A stretch of DNA of 64,000 bases, from the NCBI GenBank assembly GCA_018830885.1, contig JAHJRI010000078.1:4144-68143 (forward strand), read 5' to 3'. The position numbers and the translations under genes were made by a program. This DNA comes from a bacterium. Lineage in GTDB: Bacteria > SAR324 > XYD2-FULL-50-16. Below, piece after piece: positions 30,428 to 40,768 of the stretch (within the stretch, counting starts at the first letter, position 1; each line of letters opens with the position of its first letter). Under the pieces are notes generated by a model. The model was not told the DNA's origin, searched no databases, and saw nothing but the letters and a program-made list of their open reading frames with translations.

Positions 30428-31921
30428 ATGAACGATTCTGAATTTCAGCAGTTTGTCCAAACATTCCAGGACCGGGTCAGGGATCGACTGTCCAAACAGG
30501 CGGCCTATGAAACCGTCAATTACCTGGAAGGATTGCCCCGTGATCTGCTGGATCCGCTGCTTGAATTGTCGCCGCTCTCCGTCTTTGTTCCCAAGGCATA
30601 TGGGGGCGACGGCGGAACCCCTGCCCGCTGTCTGGCACTGCTCGAAGCCACATCTTACGAATCGATTGCTGTCGGTCTGATGCTGGGTATCAGCGGATCC
30701 CTGTTTCTGGACCCGGTCGCCAAGTATGGCAACGAAACAGTCAAGGCGCATGTTTTCAAGCGGTTTCTGCAGGAGAAGGTGCTGGGCGGATTGATGATCA
30801 CTGAACCGGATTTCGGGACAGACGCCCTTGCCCTGCAGACCGCCTACCAGGTGAGTGATGGGTTATGCCACATCCAGGGGGAAAAACACTGGGGCGGCCT
30901 GACCGGACTGGCAGATTTCTGGCTGATGACAGCCCGCCAGCAAAAATCGAACGGAAAACTGGCCCGGGATGTGGATCTGTTTATCTGCGAAATGGCACAA
31001 CCGGGGCAACGCATCGTCGTTGAGTCATATTACCACAAACTGGGTCTGTTTCTGATCCCTTATGGGCTGAACCGGGTCGACATCAACGTCCCTCTCACAT
31101 CGAAACTGAACTCCACATCCAGCGGTCTCAAGATGATGATGGACCTGCTGCACCGCAGTCGTCTCCGCCTGTCGGGAATCGGCATCGGTTTTATCCGGCG
31201 CATGCTGGATGAGGCGGTCAGCCATTGCCAGACCCGTTTCGTCAGTGGCAGCCGTCTGGATGAATATGATCAGGTTCAGCACCGATTGTCCGAACTTCAG
31301 GCGTGGTATACCATCAATTCAGGGATGTGCGCATTTACGGCCCGGGTATCGTCCATTGATTCCGATCTGTCCGGCCTGGGTCTGCAGGCAAACGCCAATA
31401 AGGCGATCCTGACCGACATGATGCAGGAGGCGGCCCAATCTCTGCTGCAACTGGTCGGGGCCAAAGGGTACCGCCGTGACCACATTGCCGGCCGGGCCAT
31501 CGTGGACTGCCGTCCCTTTCAGATATTCGAAGGATCCAACGACGTCATGTACAGCCAGATAGCAGATGTGTTCCTGAAGGCGATGAAGCGGGCGATGGAA
31601 CCCAATCTGCTCCGCTTCTGCACCACCTTTGAACCGGTATCGAAGGCAGCGGACCATTACCGGGATCTGCTGGATATCAGGATCGATACCGAGGCCGTGC
31701 AGCGGCTCCGGGTTCGTATGGGAAAAATCGTGGCCTGGCTGATTTCAATCGGGTATGTCCTCGATCTAACCGGTCAACAGTTCAGACAGGATCTGATCGA
31801 TAACGCGGTTGCCGTTGTCCGCACAAGGATCGCTGAACAGGTATCCGGGTTGAAACAGCCAAACCCGGTATCGCTGGTAGCGGACTACGCGAATGGAAGT
31901 GACTGGAAACAGGTACTCTAG
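30428..31921 (+). CDS. Acyl-CoA dehydrogenase family protein (C-terminally extended)
   Basis: MITEPDFGTD, GEKHW, GAKGY, IFEGSND. Confidence 0.85.
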   Translation: MNDSEFQQFVQTFQDRVRDRLSKQAAYETVNYLEGLPRDLLDPLLELSPLSVFVPKAYGGDGGTPARCLALLEATSYESIAVGLMLGISGSLFLDPVAKYGNETVKAHVFKRFLQEKVLGGLMITEPDFGTDALALQTAYQVSDGLCHIQGEKHWGGLTGLADFWLMTARQQKSNGKLARDVDLFICEMAQPGQRIVVESYYHKLGLFLIPYGLNRVDINVPLTSKLNSTSSGLKMMMDLLHRSRLRLSGIGIGFIRRMLDEAVSHCQTRFVSGSRLDEYDQVQHRLSELQAWYTINSGMCAFTARVSSIDSDLSGLGLQANANKAILTDMMQEAAQSLLQLVGAKGYRRDHIAGRAIVDCRPFQIFEGSNDVMYSQIADVFLKAMKRAMEPNLLRFCTTFEPVSKAADHYRDLLDIRIDTEAVQRLRVRMGKIVAWLISIGYVLDLTGQQFRQDLIDNAVAVVRTRIAEQVSGLKQPNPVSLVADYANGSDWKQVL

Positions 31922-32334
31922 GGGACGTAATCCTCGTCATCGTCCTCGTCATAAGATGCATAGGTTGCCTTGAGCTGGTCAAACGCTTCCTGTCTGATTT
32001 CCAGGAGCTGCTCCCGAATACGGCATTCGAACTTCTGTAGTCGGATGCCGGGTTCACCTTCCAGATCCCCGGTATCCAGTCGGTAACGCCAGAGATGCTT
32101 GCTGCAGACAAGGTGGTTCTCCTCCAGGATGCCCTGCCCCATCGGCGCCTCCTGGTGCAGGCACCGACCCGCGAAAACAGCCAGGGAATCCCCCTTTTTA
32201 ATCGTCACCAGCTCGGTAGCCTGGATCGTGACAGGATTGATTCCTTCGGAAAGGTCCTTCAAATCGGCGATTGGCAGCCAATCACCATCACCAGCTTCTG
32301 CATGGTTCATCGATTTTTTCTGAAAGAGATTCAC
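31918..32334 (-). CDS. Rieske [2Fe-2S] ferredoxin
   Basis: CxH (CLHQ) and CxxH (CSKH); acidic C-terminus. Confidence 0.85.
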   Translation of the reverse strand: MNLFQKKSMNHAEAGDGDWLPIADLKDLSEGINPVTIQATELVTIKKGDSLAVFAGRCLHQEAPMGQGILEENHLVCSKHLWRYRLDTGDLEGEPGIRLQKFECRIREQLLEIRQEAFDQLKATYASYDEDDDEDYVP

Positions 32335-32349
32335 TCCCCACCGACATAT

Positions 32350-33507
32350 CTAAATAAGGATCTCCAGATCCTCAAGGGGATAGGAGACACAGGCGTGAAC
32401 ATAGCCGAACTGCCGATCTGATTTCCGGACCGGCGTCCCCTGGGGCTGAAAGACACTGCCGGAAAGGATTTTGACCCGGCACATGCTGCATTTGCCTGAG
32501 CGACAGGTCGACGGGATCACCAGCCCGTTTTTCTCCAGGGTCACCAGGATCGACTGGGCGGAGACACTTTCCAGACCGTGAGACCCGTTGACGCTGATCC
32601 GGCAGGGGTTATCCGGCTTGACACCTGCGGGCCACCCGGGATACTCCCAGATATTGATCGGCGTACCAAACATCTCCTTGCGGATCTTGCGACCGGGAAC
32701 ATTCAATTTTTTCAACTCCGGCAGACAGAAGTTGTACATGGCCTGGGGACCGCAGATGAAAAAACTTTTGCCACTGATCTCACCCACAGTCTCCCTGATC
32801 AGGTCGGCCGTGATATATCCGGTTTTTCCCTGGTAATCCGCAGCCGGATGCTCCACCACCGGGAGATAGTGAAAATTGGGGTGCCGGTCAGCTATCTGGA
32901 GCAACTCCTCATGAAAAATAATATCGTCAACGGAACGATTACCGTAGAGCAGGTAAAGCGTCCTGTTCAGGCCACGGGCAACCGTATCCCGGATCATGCT
33001 CATCAGGGGCGTAATCCCGCTGCCACCGGCCAGCAGCACCAGGGTGTCGTCATGGATAATCGGGTTATGATGAAAGGTTCCCTTGGGTCCCGAACAGACC
33101 AGGGAATCACCCACTTCGATCCGGTCCAGCAGGAAATTGGAGACCAGCCCCTTTTCCATACGTCTCACCGTCAGGTCGAAGTAACCGGTTTCGCAGGGGG
33201 CGGAAGCGATGCTGTAAGCCCGGGAAGTTTTGATCCGATCGACTTCGACGGAGACCGAAACATATTGCCCGGCCTGGAATGGTGGCAAAGGCCCCCGGGT
33301 GCCGACCAGGCGAAATGTTCTGGTGGAGACGGTTTCATCAATGATTTCCGAAACCCGCATGGCGATTTGTTTTGGGTGCAGGCGGTCGATAAAGGATTTG
33401 ACAGAGCCTTTTTCCCCGGTAAAGTCCCTGCCATATTTCCTGGCGATCTCGATCTCCCTGACGATATCTCCGTATCCCTCCAGTTGTTCGATGACTTCCT
33501 GTTTCAT
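32350..33507 (-). CDS. FAD/NAD(P)H ferredoxin-reductase-type oxidoreductase with C-terminal [2Fe-2S]
   Basis: RAYSI, AGGSGITP, FICGP, CRSGKCSMC...HAC. Confidence 0.9.
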   Translation of the reverse strand: MKQEVIEQLEGYGDIVREIEIARKYGRDFTGEKGSVKSFIDRLHPKQIAMRVSEIIDETVSTRTFRLVGTRGPLPPFQAGQYVSVSVEVDRIKTSRAYSIASAPCETGYFDLTVRRMEKGLVSNFLLDRIEVGDSLVCSGPKGTFHHNPIIHDDTLVLLAGGSGITPLMSMIRDTVARGLNRTLYLLYGNRSVDDIIFHEELLQIADRHPNFHYLPVVEHPAADYQGKTGYITADLIRETVGEISGKSFFICGPQAMYNFCLPELKKLNVPGRKIRKEMFGTPINIWEYPGWPAGVKPDNPCRISVNGSHGLESVSAQSILVTLEKNGLVIPSTCRSGKCSMCRVKILSGSVFQPQGTPVRKSDRQFGYVHACVSYPLEDLEILI

Positions 33508-33523
33508 GGGTACTCTCCTCTGG

Positions 33524-35020
33524 TCAGTTCAGTTCTTTGATAACCGTTTTGGCAGCGACCACACCAGAAGTCAGCGTGGGTTGAAAACCAATCATTCCGA
33601 ACCAGCCGCCGACACCGTGTAAGCCCTTAATGTGTGTCTGGTTGCGGATGAACAGATCGGAATCCTTGATGAGATGATCAAAAGCATAGATGGAACCTTT
33701 CTGGGTTCCCAGATAGCGCATGCTGGTGATGGGGGTCGCGATTTCAATCTCCTCGATATGATCCCGCAGATGGGGATAGAATTCAGCCAGTCGGGTCAGG
33801 ATCGCATCCGCACACTCATATTTCTTTGCCACATACTGAGCAGGAGGTACCTGCAGCCAGGTATCCCCGTATTTGAGGGTAACCACCGCGACCTGACTGG
33901 TTCCCTCCGGTGAAAAACCGGGATCGATCAGGTTGTAGCAGCTCATGAGCAGCATATCATCCCGGGTGATCTCCAGGTTTTTCATCTGTTGATAGGAGCG
34001 GTCATAATCATCAATACCAAAGACAAAATTGGTCGTTTCCCGGATATCGACCGTCTCGGGAGGACAGTCCAGCCCCATGTAGAGGGTAAAAGCCCCCTGG
34101 GCAATGGTTGTCTGCCGCATCTCCCGGCTCACTTCGGCCGGAACATGCTCGGGATCCATCATATCGACGAAGGTTGATATTTTTGACGCGTTGGAAATAA
34201 CCACCCGGCTGGTGATCTCCTCTCCTTTCTCGGTGATGACGCCCTGGACAGCCCCCTCCCGAACGAGAATCTTTCTGACCCCGTCACTGTAACGGATCGT
34301 TCCGCCATGCTGCAGGATGGTATCCGCCACGGCATTGGAAAGCGCCTGGGACCCGCCCTTGATATGGGTGGGCTTGAACTCACAATATCCCACAATCACC
34401 GAGGTCAGGTCATGAAAACTCATCAGCCGCGGTGGCAGGCCGATATAACTCCAGTAGGGCGAAATGGCAAATTTGAGCCGGGGGTCCGTGAAGTACTCAT
34501 CCAGAACCGCCTGGGCCGATTTGAGGGCATATTTGAAATAGAGCGGGTATTTTTCCGGTCCGGCATCCGGGTCCTGCATGTAGTAAGCACTGACCGCTTC
34601 CATGAAATAGGCGTAGCTGAAATCGATATATTTCTGAATGGCCTCCTTTTCATGGGGAAAGGCTTGCTGGAGGTCCGACACGAGCTGGTTCCGGTCCGGA
34701 CGCAGGGTGATGTCGAGGTCGCTTCCGGACAGCTGCAACCGGTAAAGATCATTCATGGTGACAAAATCCAGCTTGTCAATCACATCCACACTGGACAGCA
34801 TCCGCCAGAGGGGTCCCTGGTAGGCCTCCGTCCCCAGTCCGCTGAGCTGATGCAGGGCCACTTCAAATTCAAATCGACCCCGACAGAAGCTGGTGGCACA
34901 CCCACCGGGGATGTTGTGCCGTTCCAGAACCAGCACCCGCACCCCTTTTTTCGCCAGCCTGGCTGCGGCCATCAGACCGCCGTTGCCGGCGCCGATGACA
35001 ATGACATCATAGTCCGCCAT
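33524..35020 (-). CDS. Phytoene desaturase/retinol saturase (CrtI-like) FAD oxidoreductase
   Basis: VIGAGNGG, LERHNIPGG, GGSQALS, ATPIT, GSIY; ATG 35020. Confidence 0.85.
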   Translation of the reverse strand: MADYDVIVIGAGNGGLMAAARLAKKGVRVLVLERHNIPGGCATSFCRGRFEFEVALHQLSGLGTEAYQGPLWRMLSSVDVIDKLDFVTMNDLYRLQLSGSDLDITLRPDRNQLVSDLQQAFPHEKEAIQKYIDFSYAYFMEAVSAYYMQDPDAGPEKYPLYFKYALKSAQAVLDEYFTDPRLKFAISPYWSYIGLPPRLMSFHDLTSVIVGYCEFKPTHIKGGSQALSNAVADTILQHGGTIRYSDGVRKILVREGAVQGVITEKGEEITSRVVISNASKISTFVDMMDPEHVPAEVSREMRQTTIAQGAFTLYMGLDCPPETVDIRETTNFVFGIDDYDRSYQQMKNLEITRDDMLLMSCYNLIDPGFSPEGTSQVAVVTLKYGDTWLQVPPAQYVAKKYECADAILTRLAEFYPHLRDHIEEIEIATPITSMRYLGTQKGSIYAFDHLIKDSDLFIRNQTHIKGLHGVGGWFGMIGFQPTLTSGVVAAKTVIKELN

Positions 35021-35138
35021 GATTTCTCCCCTTAACCTGGTTACAGTTTCGCATGATTCCGTGTGCACGCCCCTGGCGTGCGGGTATGGATGACACCAGC
35101 AAACAAAAAAATCGCGCTGCGTATCGGGGGTGACCCCG

Positions 35139-36122
35139 TTATGCCAGGATCATGCTGTTCAGACGATCCATCAGCACATCGGCCTCCGCGATAATATCAG
35201 TGATGATCCGCTTGACGGATTTCACTTCATCCACCAGTCCCACTGTCTGACCACAGGCCAGGGGTGACGATTCGGCATCACCGGACATGTATGCCTGTTT
35301 CCCCTTGCCACCCGCCACTTTGTTGATCACCTCTTCCAGGGATGCCCCGGTGGACTCCAGTGCCAGGCACTCTTCTGCCAGCCGGTTTCTGGCAACCCGG
35401 ATGGGATTGCCAATGGAATTCAGCAGCAGCAGGGTATCCGTCGCTTTCGTCTCAACCAGTTTCTGCTTGATCCCGGCGTGTATGGCCGTCTCTTCCGAAA
35501 CGAAAAAGGCCGTCCCCATCAAGACCGCTTCCGCTCCCATCGCCAGGGCGCCCAGAAATCCGGCGCCGCTGGCAATACCACCACCGGCAATGATGGGGAT
35601 ATTCAGCTCCCTGACAGCCAGGGGAATCTGGATAAAAGAGACCACATTTTCGGTTCCGATATGGCCGCCGGAACCATAACCGAGGATCGTTACGGCATCC
35701 ACCCCCAGTTTTTCAGCCCTTTTGGCATGCCGTACGCTGGTGAGCTTATGAATGACCTTGACACCGCCCTGTTTCAGGACCGGCATCAACGGCTCAGGAC
35801 TGCGTCCTGCTGTTTCGACGAATTTTATCCCGGCCTCACACACCACATCACAAAACTGCAGGGTCCGTTTGGGCTCACCAAATTCAGGAACCATGGAGAG
35901 GTTGATACCGAAGGGTTTATCGGTCAGGTCCCGTATTTTTTTGATCTCTTCTTTCAGATCTTCCGGCTTTGCGAGGGATTCTGCCGTCATAAATGCAGTT
36001 CCACCCGCATTACACACAGATGCCACAAACGCGGCCCGGCTGATCCACTGCATACCACCGGCAAGAATGGGATACTCGATGCCCAGCATCTCGGTTATTT
36101 TGGTCTGGTACCGTTTTGCCAT
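35139..36122 (-). CDS. Nitronate monooxygenase/FabK-like FMN oxidoreductase
   Basis: YPILAGGM, KPFGIN, GGH, IAGGGI, MGTAF. Confidence 0.88.
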   Translation of the reverse strand: MAKRYQTKITEMLGIEYPILAGGMQWISRAAFVASVCNAGGTAFMTAESLAKPEDLKEEIKKIRDLTDKPFGINLSMVPEFGEPKRTLQFCDVVCEAGIKFVETAGRSPEPLMPVLKQGGVKVIHKLTSVRHAKRAEKLGVDAVTILGYGSGGHIGTENVVSFIQIPLAVRELNIPIIAGGGIASGAGFLGALAMGAEAVLMGTAFFVSEETAIHAGIKQKLVETKATDTLLLLNSIGNPIRVARNRLAEECLALESTGASLEEVINKVAGGKGKQAYMSGDAESSPLACGQTVGLVDEVKSVKRIITDIIAEADVLMDRLNSMILA

Positions 36123-36149
36123 TGTTTCATGTCCTGTATCAATGGGTTG

Positions 36150-37913
36150 TCATTTATTGAGAAGCAGTTCAGGGATATCAATCATCTTGGCCCGCAGATA
36201 TTCTCCCAGGGTTTTTGCCTGGGGATCGCTGCGCAGAGAAGCTGCCACGCCTTCGCCCAGGACACCTTTGATATAGAAATTCAGGGCATACAGGTTGGGG
36301 AGTTCATAGCGCTCGATCTCATACTCCCGCATATCCGGCAACAGTTCCTTCAGTTTTTCGGTTGTCAGAAAAGCATTCAGAAAGGCATAGGAAACCGCTG
36401 TTTTCCCCCAGACACCCAGGTTGGCATTTCCCCCCTTGTCCCCGGAGCGGGTGGCAAACAGACGCCCCAGGGGCAGTCTGACGGTGTTTCCTGCCGGTAC
36501 CGGCGGAATTTCAACCACCAGCGGCTCCGGTATCGGTGCGGAAGCATCCGAACCGGTGGGGTCAACCGTAAACTCCTCTCCCCCGACAACGATCTTCTGC
36601 TGGATGTTGGTTCCGGAAACCAGGGCCGGCCAGTGTTGAATCACCGGACTGCCTTTGCCGGGAGGGGCCGTGCCGGTAAAACCGGGGATACTGGCCAGTG
36701 CCAGCTCGATGATTTTTGCCGAGAACTTGGCCACTTTCTTGGGATCCGGATCCATTACCCCCAGAGCAAGATAGGCAAATGCCTCCTCATTGCTGGTGGG
36801 GTCCTCCTTCTGGGACGCGGTCAGTTTCACATTCACCACCTGGAACTGCTCTTTGCCGCCGATGGCTGCAAAAAGCGTATCCTCAACAATCTTTGCCTTC
36901 TTCTCGATATCCAGGCCGGTCAGGAGAAGTGTCATGGCATTGCGATGACCATAGAGATTGTTGATACAGACTTTGGTCGTATCCGGTGGGGGTTCGCCAC
37001 AAACCCCGGCGACCCTGACACGGTCATCCCCCTCCTGGGAGATTTGAATGGTATCAAAACGGGCGGCCACGTCCGGGGTCAGGTATCTGGGGTCCCTTAC
37101 CTCATACATCAGCTGGGCGGTAACCGTACCGACAGATACCAGCCCACCGGTTCCCGGGTGTTTGGTAATGACGAATGAGCCGTCCGCATGCATCTCGGCA
37201 ATGGGGAAGCCGACGTTATGAAATGAGGGGACTTCATCGATAAAGGAGTAATTCCCCCCGGTCGCCTGTCCGCTGCACTCGATGATATGTCCAGCCACTG
37301 CTGCGCCGGCCAGCCGGTCCCAGTCATTCTTCTGCCATCCAAAATGCCAGGCGGCAGGTCCCATCACCACGCCTGCATCCGCAATCCGTCCACCGACAAC
37401 GATATCGGCCCCCTCTTCCAGGGCCTTGACAATCCCCCAGCCCCCCAGGTAGGCGTTGGCTGTAATGGGTTGTGCCCCGGCTTCCTTGAGTGAGATGCCC
37501 TTATCCAGGTGATTGAAGGGCTCTCCTTTTTCCTGGAGTTCTGCCAGGCGCGGCATGAGATTGTCCCCTTCGATAAATGCGATCTTCGGTTTCAGTCCCA
37601 GGGTTTCGGCCACCTTTTGCAGTTGGGCCGCCAGGCTTCTGGGGTTCAAACCACCCGCATTGGAAACCACACGAATTTTTTTGTCCAGACACTGCCCCAT
37701 GATCTCTTCCATCTGTTTCAGGAAAGTGGATGCATAGCCCAGGTTCGGATCCTTGAGGGTGTGCCGGAAAAGGATGGCCATCGTCAGTTCGGCCAGATAA
37801 TCCCCGGTCAGAAAATCGATCGGACCCCCTTCAACCATCTCCCGCGCGGCGCTGAACCGGTCTCCCAGGAATCCGCTGCAGTTGGCAATAATCAGTTTGT
37901 CTTTATCTTTCAT
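36150..37913 (-). CDS. atuA: Acyclic terpene utilization AtuA family protein
   Basis: IANCSGFLGDR, DYLAE, NAYLG, GHIIEC, RSGDKG, DPQAK; ATG 37913 with GGAG SD. Confidence 0.9.
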   Translation of the reverse strand: MKDKDKLIIANCSGFLGDRFSAAREMVEGGPIDFLTGDYLAELTMAILFRHTLKDPNLGYASTFLKQMEEIMGQCLDKKIRVVSNAGGLNPRSLAAQLQKVAETLGLKPKIAFIEGDNLMPRLAELQEKGEPFNHLDKGISLKEAGAQPITANAYLGGWGIVKALEEGADIVVGGRIADAGVVMGPAAWHFGWQKNDWDRLAGAAVAGHIIECSGQATGGNYSFIDEVPSFHNVGFPIAEMHADGSFVITKHPGTGGLVSVGTVTAQLMYEVRDPRYLTPDVAARFDTIQISQEGDDRVRVAGVCGEPPPDTTKVCINNLYGHRNAMTLLLTGLDIEKKAKIVEDTLFAAIGGKEQFQVVNVKLTASQKEDPTSNEEAFAYLALGVMDPDPKKVAKFSAKIIELALASIPGFTGTAPPGKGSPVIQHWPALVSGTNIQQKIVVGGEEFTVDPTGSDASAPIPEPLVVEIPPVPAGNTVRLPLGRLFATRSGDKGGNANLGVWGKTAVSYAFLNAFLTTEKLKELLPDMREYEIERYELPNLYALNFYIKGVLGEGVAASLRSDPQAKTLGEYLRAKMIDIPELLLNK

Positions 37914-37980
37914 GATGTTCTCCATCTTTGTGATCAGTGGGCAATTTGTCCCGTTCTGGTGAAATATTCCTGTTTCGGTC

Positions 37981-38754
37981 TTATTTGCCGGTAAAGTTGG
38001 GTTTTCGTTTCTCGATAAAAGCGGTGATTCCCTCCCTGGCATCGTCAGTCGCCGCCACATCCTTCAGCCTGGCTGACAACGTATCCAGAGCCTCTGCAAA
38101 CGGCATATCGGCCACTTCATAGAAGGCCTCCTTGCCAATTTTCATACCGATCGGGCTTTTTTCGACCAGGTTGTCTAAAATCGATTGAACCTCGCTGTCC
38201 AGCTGGTCAGCGGGAACAACCCGGGTTACCATCCCCATTTCGAAGGCCTTGCGGGCGGTCAATTTTTCACCCAGCAGAATCATCTCCATGGCGGTTTTCC
38301 TGAGGACGTTACGGAAAATCAGTGCTCCGATCATCAGTGGAAACAGCCCGACATTCACTTCAGGGGTTCCGAACCGGGCCTCTTCCTTGGCGATGACAAT
38401 ATCGCAGGCCAGCATGAAGCCGGTGCCGCCGGCCAGACAGTATCCATTGATCTTTGCCACGGTGGGTTTTGAAAACCCCGCGATTCTCTTGAGCAGGTCG
38501 GCATACCGTTTGAAGGCGTCCTGCCCCCCGCCCTCGGTCATGGCACCGCTCAGATCGGCCCCGGAACAGAAGGCCTTGTCCCCGGCCCCGGTGATGCAGA
38601 CGACCCTGACACCACTGTCATTTTCCGCCTGATCCAGGTATTTAAAAAACAGCTCGATGGCCTGGGGACTGATGGAGTTGCGGTGCTGCTCCCGGTTGAG
38701 GGTCAGAAAAGCGACCCGGTCTTTGATTTCATACAAAACATCGATCTCATTCAT
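37981..38754 (-). CDS. Enoyl-CoA hydratase/isomerase (crotonase) family
   Basis: FCSGADL, AGG, PEVNVG, EGITAFIEKRKP. Confidence 0.92.
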   Translation of the reverse strand: MNEIDVLYEIKDRVAFLTLNREQHRNSISPQAIELFFKYLDQAENDSGVRVVCITGAGDKAFCSGADLSGAMTEGGGQDAFKRYADLLKRIAGFSKPTVAKINGYCLAGGTGFMLACDIVIAKEEARFGTPEVNVGLFPLMIGALIFRNVLRKTAMEMILLGEKLTARKAFEMGMVTRVVPADQLDSEVQSILDNLVEKSPIGMKIGKEAFYEVADMPFAEALDTLSARLKDVAATDDAREGITAFIEKRKPNFTGK

Positions 38755-38772
38755 GGCTTTTTCTCCCTGGTT

Positions 38773-40146
38773 TTATTCATCATCATCATCGTCATCGTCA
38801 TCGTCATCGGGGATAAATTTCTCAATATAGCTGGTATCGAAGTTCCCCTTTTGAAAATCGGCATCATCCATGACCTGGCTGTAGAGGGAAATCGTCGTTT
38901 TCAGCGGGCTGACATCGAACTCCGCCAATGCGCGCCTCATAATCCGGATCGCCCCTTCCCGGGTCAAATCAAAGGTGATCAGTTTGGCAATGAGGGAGTC
39001 GTAATAGATCGGCAACTCGTAGCCCTCATAGAGATGGGTATCCAGCCTGACACCGAATCCACCTGGAGGACGGTAGGAGACAATCTTTCCCGGTGAGGGC
39101 ATGAAGTTCATGGCGGGATTTTCGGCGTTAATCCGGCACTCTATCGCCCACCCCCGGATATTCAGTTCCTCGTAGGTGTAACCCAGCAACTCGCCATACG
39201 CGAGACGGATCTGCTCCCTGACCAGGTCAATCCCGGTGGTCAGCTCCGTCACCGGGTGCTCCACCTGGATACGGGAATTGATCTCGATAAAATAGAAGTC
39301 GTTGTTTTTATCCAGCAAAAATTCCACCGTCCCGGCATTAAAATAGTTGAGGGCCTTTGCAGCCTTGATGGCAGCCAGACCCATCTCCTGCCTTAATTCA
39401 GGCGTCAATCCGGGAGACGGGGCCTCTTCGATCAGTTTCTGGTAGCGGCGCTGGATGGTGCACTCCCGTTCACCGAGATGAATCACATCCCCGGACCGGT
39501 CCGCCAGAATCTGGAATTCGATGTGCCGGGGCTGGACAATATACTTTTCAAGATAGACGGTGCTATTGCCAAAAGCGGCCCCGGCCTCGGATTTCGCTAT
39601 GGAGAACTCCTCGCTGAGGGTAGCTTCGTCACTGCAGACACGAATACCGCGCCCCCCGCCGCCACCGGAGGACTTGATCATCACCGGGTATCCGATGTCA
39701 ACCGCGATCAGCCGGGCTACCGCAATGTCATCGACACCCCCGGGACTGCTGGGAATGACCGGTACCCCGGCAGCCGCCACCACTTTCTTACCGGCGATTT
39801 TATCACCTGCCAGGCTGAGGTTGTGGGGAGTGGGACCGATGAAGACGATACCGCTGTCTGCACAGGCTTTGGCAAATTCCTCTTTTTCAGCCAGATAACC
39901 ATACCCGGGATGTATGGCTTCCGCCCCGGTCTCCTTGGCAGCCTGGATGATACTGTCAATATTCAGATAGCTTTTGGCACTGATGGGCGGCCCGATACAG
40001 ACCTGTTCATCGGCCAGCTTCAGATGCAGCGATTCGGCATCCGCCTCCGAATAGACAGCGACGCTCTGAATCCCCATCTCTCTGCAGGCACGGATGATCC
40101 GGACGGCAATTTCGCCCCGGTTGGCAACTAGAATCTTCGAAAACAT
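38773..40146 (-). CDS. accC: Biotin carboxylase
   Basis: ANRGEIA, HPGYGYLAE, GGGGRG, ERECTIQRR, RIQVEHPVTE; ends in D10-E. Confidence 0.95.
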   Translation of the reverse strand: MFSKILVANRGEIAVRIIRACREMGIQSVAVYSEADAESLHLKLADEQVCIGPPISAKSYLNIDSIIQAAKETGAEAIHPGYGYLAEKEEFAKACADSGIVFIGPTPHNLSLAGDKIAGKKVVAAAGVPVIPSSPGGVDDIAVARLIAVDIGYPVMIKSSGGGGGRGIRVCSDEATLSEEFSIAKSEAGAAFGNSTVYLEKYIVQPRHIEFQILADRSGDVIHLGERECTIQRRYQKLIEEAPSPGLTPELRQEMGLAAIKAAKALNYFNAGTVEFLLDKNNDFYFIEINSRIQVEHPVTELTTGIDLVREQIRLAYGELLGYTYEELNIRGWAIECRINAENPAMNFMPSPGKIVSYRPPGGFGVRLDTHLYEGYELPIYYDSLIAKLITFDLTREGAIRIMRRALAEFDVSPLKTTISLYSQVMDDADFQKGNFDTSYIEKFIPDDDDDDDDDDE

Positions 40147-40171
40147 GGGTTCCTGTTATAATGAAAAAAAA

Positions 40172-40441
40172 GTAACTATTCAGTTTTTAAGTTACACATT
40201 CAATTAACTAACTGAAGTCATGTTCGGTCTTTTCGAAGCTGCAAGTCTCGCTTCTCATGAACGGATTGGAAGTGGCTAAGCATCGCCAGGATGGCGATGT
40301 CAACGACCGCCCTCGGAAGACGGCCATGGATGACCGTCGAGAATGAGTTCAATGACAGACTGATCATGACTGTTCGCGAACCTTCTGAGCAACTGCTTCG
40401 AATCGTGACAAGAATACCTTGTAAGTTAGCTGAATAGTTGC
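40172..40441. mobile_element. MITE-like non-coding element (270 bp) containing structured repeat copy B
   Basis: Terminal inverted repeats GTAACTATTCAG (40172-40183) / CTGAATAGTTGC (40430-40441), 11/12 match; A-rich flanks; internal hairpins; no ORF. Confidence 0.55.
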
Positions 40442-40507
40442 AGAAGAAAAAAATAAGCCGAACGCCGTGACTGTTACAAAACTGTTTCAGCAGACACGGC
40501 GAATATG

Positions 40508-40768
40508 TTAATCGGTCTCAAGAACAAACATGACATCGCCGTCACCCAGGGCTTTTTCATTTTCAGCTACAATCTCCACCACCGTGCCACTGGTCGGCGA
40601 CTTAATTTTTTGAAACACCTTCATGGTCTCCAGCAGGCCCAGCACCTGCTTCTTCTTGACTTCCGTCCCAATCTCCACATAGGGGGGCTGGTCCGGTGCC
40701 GATTGACGGTAAAACACGCCTGACATAGGGGCTTTTACTTCAACTCGTTTACCACTGTTGTCTGCCAT
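40508..40768 (-). CDS. accB: Biotin carboxyl carrier protein (lipoyl/biotinyl domain only)
   Basis: APMSGVFYR, ETMKV biotinylation Lys; 86 aa from ATG 40768. Confidence 0.88.
   Translation of the reverse strand: MADNSGKRVEVKAPMSGVFYRQSAPDQPPYVEIGTEVKKKQVLGLLETMKVFQKIKSPTSGTVVEIVAENEKALGDGDVMFVLETD

Noticed and set aside
38779-38808. ATC/GTC tandem repeat as a phase-variable or CRISPR-like repeat
   Set aside because: In-frame mixed Asp codons at a protein C-terminus; no spacers
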